Shown here piece by piece: positions 18,916 through 27,942 of a DNA stretch of 64,000 nucleotides. The notes under the pieces are model-generated. The model did not search any database. It was not told the DNA's origin and was given only the letters and a program-made list of their open reading frames with translations. The DNA is from Candidatus Kerfeldbacteria bacterium RIFCSPLOWO2_02_FULL_42_19 (lineage in GTDB: Bacteria; Patescibacteriota; Patescibacteriia; HO2-48-17). Location: the NCBI GenBank assembly GCA_001818315.1, contig MHKF01000006.1, positions 17,148 to 81,147 on the forward strand, written 5' to 3'. Position numbers and translations under genes: made by a program. Positions within the stretch are counted from its first letter, which is position 1. Every line of letters begins with the position of its first letter.

Positions 18916-19490
18916 TGAAAAAGGGTGCAAATAAAAAGATCATTATCATCTCCGGACCCTCAGGATCGGGACAGGATACGCTGATTCAAGAACTGCGAGC
19001 ATTCATGCGATTCACGAAAGTCATCACGACCACATCACGCACGCAACGAGAGGGAGAACGGCAAAGTCGAGATTATTTTTTTGTTACTCAGCAAGCATTC
19101 GAAAAAGCACTCGCAGATGGCGCGCTGCTCGAATGGAAAAAAGTTTACGGTGAATATAAGGGAATAACTCATAAGGCATTCAATCGAGCGGTCAAAGAGC
19201 GATACCCGGTACTTTTGAAATTAGATTGGCGAGGCACACAGACTATAAAACAACTTTTTCCAAACGCACTGGCCGTTGGAATTCGTTTACCAAAAATTTC
19301 AATACTCAAACGCCGCATTGCTCGGAGACAAAAAGACGGCCAGCACATTTTTGAGCGACGATGGAAAGGGACCCAAGAGTGGCTAAAACACTATGATATT
19401 TATGACGTCGTAATTGATAATGAGGAAGGTAAAGTCAGGCAAACAAGTCGGAAACTCGCGTCGCTTATCAAGCATTATTTGGAATCATGA
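18915..19490 (+). CDS. gmk: Guanylate kinase-like protein
   Basis: IISGPSGSGQDT, TTTSR...GE...DYFFV, YGEYKG. The P-loop Lys is replaced by Gln. Confidence 0.75.
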   Translation: MKKGANKKIIIISGPSGSGQDTLIQELRAFMRFTKVITTTSRTQREGERQSRDYFFVTQQAFEKALADGALLEWKKVYGEYKGITHKAFNRAVKERYPVLLKLDWRGTQTIKQLFPNALAVGIRLPKISILKRRIARRQKDGQHIFERRWKGTQEWLKHYDIYDVVIDNEEGKVRQTSRKLASLIKHYLES

Positions 19491-20731
19491 ACGTAGGAAT
19501 GAAAGTTCTCTACCTCGTTTTGAGTAGTATCGCCACATTGTTATTCGGCGGGATCATGTTCGGTGTGACGTACTTTGCACAGAGTCGTATGGATCATATT
19601 CTCCCTTTCGTACCAGCGAATGCAACTGCCTATTTTCATGATCGAGACGGAAATGCAACATCGTTCCTGAAAGTGTTCTTTCCAGGGAACGAAGATTTTT
19701 TTGTAGAAAATCAAGAAACCGGAATCGTAGTGAATACATCACAAGAGGTTGTAATCATGAGATATCAAAAGAAGAATATCGTGATAGAAAGTAGAAGTAA
19801 AAAAGCCGTGACAGAAGTGTTGGATGATTTGAATAATGAAACCGCGCAATATGATTTTGCGCGTCACACAATAGGAAGTGCGTTTCGGCAAAAACAAGTC
19901 GGTCTTTTTCCTGTGTACGGTATTCTGACCGAAAGCTTTCAAGGCAATCTGCGAAAGACATTGCCATGGATCGATCCGAACCAAAAAGGTATACAGTTCT
20001 TGTTAGCAAGACAAGTCGCAGAAGGTGCATTCGATGATATCGATGAAAAAGCCACATGGGCACTGCGTTTTCAATTGCAATCGCGACTTGGCTTTGCGAA
20101 TGTTTGGGGTTTTCAAAAGACGGAGGTTCAAATATTGGAGGGATACAAGCCAGTGTTGTTTGTTTCCCCCGGTGACATTGATGTTTTTCAAAAATACACA
20201 GACTTGTTTACGCCTTTTGCAGCATTGCCACGCGTGATACGCAAGGATTTTCCACAACTTATTCGCGCCTCCAATATTATTGTGTATAAGGAGGGTGAAA
20301 ATACACGCTGGCTTATTACATGGCCTCAGATGTACGATAAGGAGGTTGCGTTGTTAGTTCAGAAGTTGGCTCAAGAAGCATTTCCACAAGGAAGCGATTC
20401 AACAACACTCCCAGATGGTAGCAGTTATGCAACGTTAGTGCCTTCCGAATATCCCTTTCCGTCGCAAGACACAAATATCAATACATTCAAGCTCAGGCAA
20501 TATAAAAAAGATACTTGGGAACTGAATATTTTGGAGTCGACGGTGGGGATAGTCCTTACAAATATGTTAAATCCCGTCGAGAAACTCGATATACTCAACA
20601 AACCAAAGCCCGATTTTCTTGCGAGTAGTAATAAACAGGCGACTGTGTATGATCGAATGGGTAAAGATTACAACATATATATTGTGAAAAATCAAAGGGA
20701 CGAAGCATTATTTGGGTACATGTGGAAATAG
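19487..20731 (+). CDS. Hypothetical protein with N-terminal TM anchor
   Basis: 414-aa ORF with ATGA overlap to gmk. Confidence 0.7.
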   Translation: MNVGMKVLYLVLSSIATLLFGGIMFGVTYFAQSRMDHILPFVPANATAYFHDRDGNATSFLKVFFPGNEDFFVENQETGIVVNTSQEVVIMRYQKKNIVIESRSKKAVTEVLDDLNNETAQYDFARHTIGSAFRQKQVGLFPVYGILTESFQGNLRKTLPWIDPNQKGIQFLLARQVAEGAFDDIDEKATWALRFQLQSRLGFANVWGFQKTEVQILEGYKPVLFVSPGDIDVFQKYTDLFTPFAALPRVIRKDFPQLIRASNIIVYKEGENTRWLITWPQMYDKEVALLVQKLAQEAFPQGSDSTTLPDGSSYATLVPSEYPFPSQDTNINTFKLRQYKKDTWELNILESTVGIVLTNMLNPVEKLDILNKPKPDFLASSNKQATVYDRMGKDYNIYIVKNQRDEALFGYMWK

Positions 20732-20769
20732 TGTGAATAAAATGTGGAAAAATAAAAAAATTATCCACA
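20721..20769. promoter_or_regulatory. DnaA-box cluster (candidate oriC element)
   Basis: tgtggaaat 20721, tgtgaataa 20732 and tgtggaaaa 20743 (11-bp period), then a perfect ttatccaca at 20761, followed by an A/T-rich tract. Confidence 0.6.
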
Positions 20770-20892
20770 AAGTATATAATCACATTTCGTAATGTGTGGT
20801 ACAACAGAAAAAAATTTTCGCGTCAAATTCACAAAAAAAGAGCTAAGGAAAAATAAAAAATACAAAAGAACACCAAGAGAACAAGTGACAGA

Positions 20893-20921
20893 TTGACCCG
20901 AATAGAAAAGTCTGCTATACT
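20893..20921 (+). promoter_or_regulatory. Sigma70 promoter
   Basis: TTGACC-17 bp-TATACT with extended -10 TG. Confidence 0.65.
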
Positions 20922-20983
20922 AAAAATATAAATTTCACATATTGCACTTTACCATTTTCTACACAACTTCCTTACCTCATACA

Positions 20984-21277
20984 AATAGGGATGGGCGTGG
21001 ACTGAAGCAGAATGCGCGCAAATGTTCCAATCTAGGTCCATCTCTATTACTGCCAAATGAAACAAAAACAAAACATTATACACCATCGCGTCTTTGACGC
21101 ATATGGCGGGGTAGAGAGAAGGTTAAGACACCTATATTTTGATAATATAGGGTCTGGAATGCACATTGTCCCTGGTAAGCGTTATCACCTCAATCTTCTT
21201 TAGCGGAGGAAAGAGGGAGCTGCCGGAGACGAAGGCGCATCCGGCCCATACAATTATTTTGGGACCAGGAGGGTCCC
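20984..21277 (+). ncRNA. Structured non-coding RNA or leader candidate (6S-like identity possible but unproven)
   Basis: Several hairpins (20984-21048, 21083-21106, 21126-21155) and a long-range cctggt/accagg pairing, lying between a strong promoter and a terminator. Confidence 0.35.
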
Positions 21278-21305
21278 GGGGGCGCGTGATGCGCCTCTTC
21301 ATTTT
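21278..21305 (+). terminator. Intrinsic terminator candidate
   Basis: gggggcgc-gtgat-gcgcctct hairpin followed by tcatttt. Confidence 0.5.
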
Positions 21306-21328
21306 GTGAAACCTTAAAATTGATGATT

Positions 21329-21715
21329 ATGAATCAAGAAGAGTTCAATAATATACGTCAGAACTTAGAGCTTGAAAAAACGCGTATCGAGAAAGCATTA
21401 CAAGGTGTGTCACATGCCGATGAGCGAGATCACGTACCCGGCGAGCATGAACCGACGTTTCCAGACTATGGAGATGATAACGCGACAGAGTTAGAAGATA
21501 ATTCACCAAACGAAGTGGCTGATTTTGCTCGGAACGTGAGTGTGACAGGCGATCTTGAACATGAACTCGAACGAATAAAAAAAGCGTTGCGACGTCTTCC
21601 AGAGGGAGATTACGGACGTTGCGTACGATGTAAAAAAGAAATACCTCTAGCGCGACTGAAGGTTTATCCCGCAGCATTGTATTGTTTGCAGTGTGCACAA
21701 CACGAAGGAGAATAG
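21329..21715 (+). CDS. DksA/TraR C4-type zinc finger protein
   Basis: ALRRLPEGDYGRCVRCKKEIPLARLKVYPAALYCLQC. Confidence 0.88.
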   Translation: MNQEEFNNIRQNLELEKTRIEKALQGVSHADERDHVPGEHEPTFPDYGDDNATELEDNSPNEVADFARNVSVTGDLEHELERIKKALRRLPEGDYGRCVRCKKEIPLARLKVYPAALYCLQCAQHEGE

Positions 21716-21754
21716 TTTCGTTGCACAGGCTTTATTGGAAAAGAGTACAAGTCG

Positions 21755-22207
21755 ATGCGACAGTTTTCAAAAAAATTGATATTTTTCAGTTCGAGTGTTT
21801 TTGTTATCGATAGAATTACAAAAATAATCGCCGTACAATTTGTAGGTAGAACGATGAATCTAGGATCGTTTGTACATTTGCAAACCAGCTATAACAGCGG
21901 CATCGCATGGGGCATTGCTGCGCCTTTCTGGCTCATGATACTCCTCACGCCTTTCATTTTTTTTCTGCTTATCATCTGGTGGAAGCAGGCGTATGCTCAA
22001 AATAAAAAATGGGAAAGTATAGCAAGTAGCGCGATTCTCGTAGGAGCGGTAAGTAATTTGATAGATCGCATTTTCTATAGCGGAGTGATTGATTTTATAG
22101 CCATTGGCTGGTGGCCTGTATTTAATATTGCTGATATATTGATCAGTGTTGGCGTACTCCTTGGCGGCGTACAAATATTGCGATATGAAACGCTTTCAAA
22201 GACGTAA
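21755..22207 (+). CDS. lspA: Signal peptidase II (lipoprotein)
   Basis: DRITK, NSGIAWG, GAVSNLIDR, VIDFI and WPVFNIAD motifs. Confidence 0.92.
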   Translation: MRQFSKKLIFFSSSVFVIDRITKIIAVQFVGRTMNLGSFVHLQTSYNSGIAWGIAAPFWLMILLTPFIFFLLIIWWKQAYAQNKKWESIASSAILVGAVSNLIDRIFYSGVIDFIAIGWWPVFNIADILISVGVLLGGVQILRYETLSKT

Positions 22208-22487
22208 AGAAGATTTTGTTTGCGAATATTGTCATACGGTTGTGATCGGTGATGGATATACGAATCACTGTCCACAGTGTCTCGTCTCAAAACATGTAGA
22301 TATATTTCCAGGAGACAGAGCAGCGAACTGCGGTGGACGTATGAACGTCGCAGCGATTGATTTCCAAGACGGGGAATATATCCTCATTCATGAATGCGTA
22401 CGCTGCAGGCATCGTAAAAATAATAAAGTATCTCCACGTGATTCATTTCACACACTCTTTGCACTCATACAGGAACGGAATTCCTGA
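22185..22487 (+). CDS. RNHCP-domain protein
   Basis: FVCEYC...YTNHCPQCLVSKHVD..PGDRAANCGG. Confidence 0.85.
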   Translation: MKRFQRRKEDFVCEYCHTVVIGDGYTNHCPQCLVSKHVDIFPGDRAANCGGRMNVAAIDFQDGEYILIHECVRCRHRKNNKVSPRDSFHTLFALIQERNS

Positions 22488-22538
22488 GGTCAGAGAGACA
22501 AGACTCACCGACGTTACGAGAAGCACTAAAATGAAAGT

Positions 22539-23213
22539 ATGAGTTTATATATTGTGCCGACACCCATTGGAAATCTTGCAGACATCACGCTGCGTGCATT
22601 GGAAATACTCAAAAGTGCTGATCTGATTGTTTGCGAAGATACACGACACACAAGCATTTTACTCAAGCACTATAATATTCAGAAACCAACAGAAAGTTAT
22701 CATCAACATTCAAGCGCAGCAAAAGAAAAATTACTCCTCGAAAAACTGAAAGCAGGGCATCATCTTGCTCTGGTGAGTGATGCAGGAACCCCGGGAGTAA
22801 GCGATCCAGGACAAAAACTCGTCCAAAAGGCAATCGAAGTCGGCATCGAAGTTATTCCATTACCAGGGCCATCTGCTTTGATTACAGCAGTTTCTGGAGC
22901 AGGAATCCCTCTCTCTCGTTTTGTGTTTCTCGGTTTTATACCACACAAGAAAGGAAGAAATAAGCTTTTCGAATACATTGCCGCTTCGGAATTGCCTTGT
23001 GTGGTATATGAATCGCCGCACCGGATTCAAAAAACTTTACAACAATTTGTAGGTATCCTTACAAAGGATCGGAAGATGATAGTCGCGAAAGATATCAGTA
23101 AACGTTATGAGCGTTTTATACGCGGTACTGCGGACAGTATTTTGAAGGAAATCAACGCGATGGAAAAAGTTGTGGGCGAGTTTGTCATCATTATAGATCG
23201 TAAAAGTAAATAA
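22539..23213 (+). CDS. rsmI: 16S rRNA (C1402-2'-O)-methyltransferase
   Basis: LYIVPTPIGNLADITLRA, CEDTR, SDAGTPGVSDPG and YESPHR. Confidence 0.95.
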   Translation: MSLYIVPTPIGNLADITLRALEILKSADLIVCEDTRHTSILLKHYNIQKPTESYHQHSSAAKEKLLLEKLKAGHHLALVSDAGTPGVSDPGQKLVQKAIEVGIEVIPLPGPSALITAVSGAGIPLSRFVFLGFIPHKKGRNKLFEYIAASELPCVVYESPHRIQKTLQQFVGILTKDRKMIVAKDISKRYERFIRGTADSILKEINAMEKVVGEFVIIIDRKSK

Positions 23214-23345
23214 AAAGGAGGAGATTATAGCTTTCGAAGCACTGACAGTGCACAGTGGGCTGAGAAAGCTATAATCTCCTCCTTTTCTTCTATGATCACA
23301 ATGTATTTTTCACAAGCGAAAGTGCATTCGGCGATAACCCCATTC
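23213..23345. repeat. Palindromic element family A, copy 2
   Basis: Perfect 23-bp IR 23213-23235/23264-23286 around the conserved 28-nt core. The downstream tail is similar to 7626-7680. Confidence 0.85.
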
Positions 23346-24876
23346 TTTTTTCCGCGACTTCACGAACACGATACTGCAAAGCTTCCTGCAGATGTTGTGC
23401 ATGTACTTCTGATTTTTGTTCAATATCAGCAATCGTTCGCGCCACTTTCATGATACGAACGATACTGCGAGGAGAAAGTGAATAATGCGTCATGGCTTTT
23501 TGCAGAATATTTTGGCATTGATTGTTTAAAGATAAAAAATTGCGCAGATTTTTACTTGGAATTTCGCTGTTTGTAAAACAACCAATCGAGGACAAACGAT
23601 TTTGTTGAATTATGCGGGCAGTAGCAACCTGTTCACGCAAGGTTGGAGTGAAAGTATTTTTTTGGGTTGAATGAAAAAATTCCGTGGGTGTCAGACGAGG
23701 GATTTCAATATGCATATCGATACGGTCAAGAAAAGGACCAGAAAGTTTTTTTTCATACCGTGTAATTTCTTGAGGTGAACAAGTGCAATCCACTTGTGTA
23801 TCAAAACGAAAGCCACAAGGACACGGATTCTGTGCAGCTATCAGCATCATGCATGCAGGAAAAACAAGGGAATTACGGATTCGGCTGAGGCGTATGCTAT
23901 ATGATTCGAGCGGCTCGCGTAGTGATTCCAAAACTGATCGACGGAATTCCGGAAGTTCATCCAAAAAGAGTACGCCTCGGTGCGCAAGAGAAATTTCTCC
24001 TGGTTTCGGAGACGCACCGCCTCCAACAATGCTCGCATACGAAGCAGTATGATGTGGAGCACGAAAGGGTCGCGTCGTAATAATGGGTTGTGATTCTGTC
24101 AAAAGTCCTGCAATACTATATAATTCAGTGACTTCAACGATTTCCTTTTCGGACATCGGTGGCAGAATTGCCGGGACGCTTTGCGCAAGAAGTGTTTTTC
24201 CGGCGCCAGGAGGGCCGGTGAGGAGAATGTTATGTCCTCCAGCAGCAGCAAGCGTAAGCGCTCGTTTTGCAAAAACGTGACCGCGAATATCATCAAAATT
24301 CGTTTGAGGTGTGACCTGTTTTAGGGTGTTTGTAGAAGTTGTAGGCGAGGAAAAGCTGGATAGTGTGTAGTTTCCAGTAAGAAAATCAAGCACTTGTTTG
24401 AGATGTCGAATCGGATAGAGAGTCAAACCGCTGATAAGCGCTGATTCATGAGCGTCTTTCTCAGGAAGAATCAAGTGAGTGATACGAGAGCGTTTTGCGA
24501 TATTTGCCAATACAATAGCTCCTTGAATAGAACGAATCGTGCCATCAAGTGCAAGCTCTCCAAGAAAAAGATAATTTTTAGGTATCTGTATTTCAGGATG
24601 ATGCACAGCAAAGATACCAACAGCAATAGCAAGATCGTATAACGCTCCTTCTTTTTTGATAGAGGCCGGTGCGAGATTCACAGTAATACGCATGGGCGCA
24701 AAACGACAACCCACATTTTTTAAAGCTGCTCTCACGCGCTCTTTAGCTTCTTGTACTGCAGTATCCGGTAGTCCAACAATTGTACAACTGGGTAACCCGG
24801 CGGAAAGATCGACCTCCACTTCTATCAGTGTGCCAGCAAGTCCGATGCGAGCCACTGAATAAACTGTTTTCATCAT
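23296..24876 (-). CDS. comM: YifB/ComM family Mg-chelatase-like AAA+ ATPase
   Basis: IVGLPDTAVQEAKERV, GPPGAGKT, PFRAPHH, GEISLAHRGVLFLDE and NPCPCG. Confidence 0.92.
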   Translation of the reverse strand: MMKTVYSVARIGLAGTLIEVEVDLSAGLPSCTIVGLPDTAVQEAKERVRAALKNVGCRFAPMRITVNLAPASIKKEGALYDLAIAVGIFAVHHPEIQIPKNYLFLGELALDGTIRSIQGAIVLANIAKRSRITHLILPEKDAHESALISGLTLYPIRHLKQVLDFLTGNYTLSSFSSPTTSTNTLKQVTPQTNFDDIRGHVFAKRALTLAAAGGHNILLTGPPGAGKTLLAQSVPAILPPMSEKEIVEVTELYSIAGLLTESQPIITTRPFRAPHHTASYASIVGGGASPKPGEISLAHRGVLFLDELPEFRRSVLESLREPLESYSIRLSRIRNSLVFPACMMLIAAQNPCPCGFRFDTQVDCTCSPQEITRYEKKLSGPFLDRIDMHIEIPRLTPTEFFHSTQKNTFTPTLREQVATARIIQQNRLSSIGCFTNSEIPSKNLRNFLSLNNQCQNILQKAMTHYSLSPRSIVRIMKVARTIADIEQKSEVHAQHLQEALQYRVREVAEKRMGLSPNALSLVKNTL

Positions 24877-25001
24877 ATAAAAAAACGCCCCGCTCTTGAG
24901 GACGCTTACTCGATAATGTTATTGTAGTGCAAAGTAAAAAAAGATGCAAGTCTATTTTCGCTATGGTAACATAGTGAGTACATATCGAATCACCGAAAAA
25001 T

Positions 25002-26666
25002 ATGATGTCCATACGACGCAAAGAAAAACTCATTCACACTTTACGATGGATCGTGAAAGGCCGATGGGCGATCATCGTAGGGATTCTTGCTGTTGGTCTG
25101 GCGCAGCGTTCTATTAATGTTGTTTCAATCCATTTACCAAGTAGTGTCATGATCACCCTCGCATTGACAGCGATTACATATAACTTGACATACTATTTCC
25201 TGCTGCGCCGAGGGATGCGTCTAAACGCATGGACCCTTCGCATCCTTGCCATCGCGCAAGTCTTCGTAGATCAACTCCTCTTTACCTACATTATTTACAT
25301 TAGCGGAAGTTCGGAAAGTCTTTCGTTTATATTTTACTTTTTCCCCATCCTCATAGCGACCGTACTCTTCCGCAATATAGGTATTTTACTCTTTGCATTC
25401 GTGAATAGTCTTCTCTACATTTTTCTCATTGTGATAGAAATGAACACAATATTGCCTTTTGTTGCACGCTATGATTTTGTATCCGGCATTCACGGTAATA
25501 TCCCAGTGATGATTTCAAATACATTGACGATCGTTGCAGTCATTATGCTCGCTGCATTTTTTTCGACGTACATTTCCAATATGATTCGGGACAGAGAACG
25601 TGAAATTCTTACGGAGCAAGATAAAGTGAATTCTATTTTAAACAGTCTGCCAGACGGTGTGATTATGATTGATGTAACTGGAAAAGTGATTGCGTTGAAT
25701 CCTCAAGGCGCAGAAATGCTTCAAGTAAAAGCCTCCGCTATCATCGATAATATCCTCGTGAAAGAAAATTTTATTCCGGAACTTCAAGAACTTGGCGCTC
25801 ATATTATTCAGCAAGGTTCTCACACACATATTGAGAGTAAAGAAATAGAAGTGGAAGAGCGCGGGATGAGACACGTGTATAAAATTACGACAATCCCTGT
25901 ATTTAACGCTCTCGGCAAGATTATGGGATCGATGAAGGTCATCACGGATTATACACGAGAGCGCGAACTCGACAGAATGAAATCAGATTTTATTTCTATA
26001 GCAGCTCACCAACTGCGCACGCCGCTTTCTGGTGTGAAATGGCTCTTAAAGATGATTATTGACGGCGATATGGGTCCATTGAATGAAGAACAGAGAAAAT
26101 TTCTGACACGAGGATATCAAAATCAGGAACGAATGATATCACTCATTAATGATTTGCTTGATGTGTCACGTATCGAAGAGGGGAGATTTAAATTAAATAC
26201 GGAACTTCAGCAGATTGAAAAAAGTATTATTGAGAGCATACGTGCTATTGAAACTCTGGCACAGAAAAAAAATATACAAGTTCGTTTTATAAAACCAGAG
26301 AAGCTGTTGCCACCTGTACTATTTGATAAGGAGAAAATTGAACTTGTGCTCCAAAACCTTCTCGATAACGCCATAAAATATACAAAAAAGAATGGCCACG
26401 TATTAGTGAATATTCTACAGGAAGGGAACATGGTGACAGTAAGTATCCAAGATAATGGAGTAGGTATTCCACAAGATCAACAGAAGAAACTCTTTTCAAA
26501 ATTTTTCCGAGCGCGTAATGTTATGCAAATGCATACAGATGGGTCGGGACTTGGATTATTTATTGTGAAAAATGTTCTCACGACTCATGGAGGGGACGTA
26601 GGAATCGAGAGCGAAGAAGGGAAGGGTACAAAAGTATGGTTTTCTTTGCCCATTCACAGAGTTTAA
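25002..26666 (+). CDS. Multi-TM PAS sensor histidine kinase (paralog of 13305-15026)
   Basis: TM region, SLPDGVIMID, HQLRTPL, NLLDNAIKY, GSGLGL. Confidence 0.92.
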   Translation: MMSIRRKEKLIHTLRWIVKGRWAIIVGILAVGLAQRSINVVSIHLPSSVMITLALTAITYNLTYYFLLRRGMRLNAWTLRILAIAQVFVDQLLFTYIIYISGSSESLSFIFYFFPILIATVLFRNIGILLFAFVNSLLYIFLIVIEMNTILPFVARYDFVSGIHGNIPVMISNTLTIVAVIMLAAFFSTYISNMIRDREREILTEQDKVNSILNSLPDGVIMIDVTGKVIALNPQGAEMLQVKASAIIDNILVKENFIPELQELGAHIIQQGSHTHIESKEIEVEERGMRHVYKITTIPVFNALGKIMGSMKVITDYTRERELDRMKSDFISIAAHQLRTPLSGVKWLLKMIIDGDMGPLNEEQRKFLTRGYQNQERMISLINDLLDVSRIEEGRFKLNTELQQIEKSIIESIRAIETLAQKKNIQVRFIKPEKLLPPVLFDKEKIELVLQNLLDNAIKYTKKNGHVLVNILQEGNMVTVSIQDNGVGIPQDQQKKLFSKFFRARNVMQMHTDGSGLGLFIVKNVLTTHGGDVGIESEEGKGTKVWFSLPIHRV

Positions 26667-26699
26667 TCTCTTTGCAAATTTCTGTTATAATACTATTAT

Positions 26700-27086
26700 A
26701 TGACACAGCAAAAGAAATTCGCCGTGCTCATTATTGAAGATGATACTTTTTTGCATGAGCTCTCGAAAAAAAAGTTTATACAACAAGGATACGAGGTCAT
26801 TTCGGCATTTAACGGCGAAGAAGGAAAGCGAAAAATCCAACAAAAATTTCCTGACATTATTCTGCTCGATCTATTGCTCCCAGAAATGGATGGGTTGGAT
26901 CTCCTTAAAGAATTGAAAGAAAATAGAGCAACTCAACATATCCCAGTCGTTATTGTAAGCAATTACAGTGATCGCGAAAGAGTGCAGAAAGGTTTAGCGC
27001 TCGGAGCGAGCGATTATATCATTAAGGCGCATTTCACGCCGGATGAAATTGTACAAAAAGTGAATACACTTTTGAAAAAATCATAA
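26700..27086 (+). CDS. Single-domain response regulator
   Basis: IIEDD, IILLDLLLP and GASDYIIK. Confidence 0.9.
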   Translation: MTQQKKFAVLIIEDDTFLHELSKKKFIQQGYEVISAFNGEEGKRKIQQKFPDIILLDLLLPEMDGLDLLKELKENRATQHIPVVIVSNYSDRERVQKGLALGASDYIIKAHFTPDEIVQKVNTLLKKS

Positions 27087-27090
27087 CATT

Positions 27091-27915
27091 ATGCAAAATA
27101 TTATCTTTATTGAACACGACCTGGCAATTCAAGAAGCATTACTTCCTACTCTCAAGGTAGCGGGTTTTACTGTTGAACTTGTAGAAGACGGTGAAGTTGG
27201 TTTTCAAAAGATTAAAAATATGAAACCAAATTTAGTATTACTCGACGCTGATGCGCCGAAAAAGAACGGTCGAGAAATTTTGGAAGCTATTCGCACTGAT
27301 TTTGACCTCGCTTTCATTCCCGTCGTTGTTATTATGAATAACCAAAATCAAAAAGTCACAGAACAGTATCTTGATCTCGGTGCGTGTGATACTCTTGCAA
27401 AAGAGAATATAACCGCAGAAGTGGTGCTCAATAAAGTCCAAAAATGTTTCGGTCTAGGCGGCGGATTTCTTGGAACAGAAAATTTCGAAAACGAGGAACA
27501 AGAAAATACTCTCGCAATGCCAAGCACATCAGAAGCAAAAATTTTGATTATCGAAGATGATCAATTTTTAAGTGAGTTGTGTCAAACGAAACTTGGTAAA
27601 GAAGGTTATCAAGTAGTCACGGCGCTTGACGGTGAGACAGGATTACAAAAGGCAATCACAGAAAAACCCGAACTCATTTTACTTGATTTATTATTGCCAG
27701 GAATTGATGGTTTTGAGGTGTTGAAAAAAATAAAAGCTCATAGTGAAGAAGCAGTACGCAATATTCCGGTACTACTTTTTTCGAATTTTGGACAAGAAGA
27801 TAAAATCCAAATGGGTATGTCTCTCGGAGCTATTGATTATCTGGTAAAAGCAAATTTTACGACCGACGAAATCGTCAACAAGATAAAAAAGGTACTCATA
27901 GAAAACAAAAGATAA
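27091..27915 (+). CDS. Tandem double-receiver response regulator
   Basis: Two REC domains, the first slightly degenerate (FIEHD, LLDADAP). Confidence 0.88.
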   Translation: MQNIIFIEHDLAIQEALLPTLKVAGFTVELVEDGEVGFQKIKNMKPNLVLLDADAPKKNGREILEAIRTDFDLAFIPVVVIMNNQNQKVTEQYLDLGACDTLAKENITAEVVLNKVQKCFGLGGGFLGTENFENEEQENTLAMPSTSEAKILIIEDDQFLSELCQTKLGKEGYQVVTALDGETGLQKAITEKPELILLDLLLPGIDGFEVLKKIKAHSEEAVRNIPVLLFSNFGQEDKIQMGMSLGAIDYLVKANFTTDEIVNKIKKVLIENKR

Positions 27916-27942
27916 AAAATATCCCATCCATCTGTGGTGATT

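Noticed and set aside
21100-21250. RNase P RNA, tmRNA, T-box or tRNA identity for the structured region
   Set aside because: It lacks GAGGAAAGUCC, tRNA-like termini with a TTCRA loop, and the T-box GGTGGNACC consensus.
22487-22503. agagacaaga motif upstream of both rsmI (22494) and rsmA (32680), with a similar string in the radA insert
   Set aside because: It is only about 10 purine-rich nucleotides and plausible by chance; no shared structure was found.
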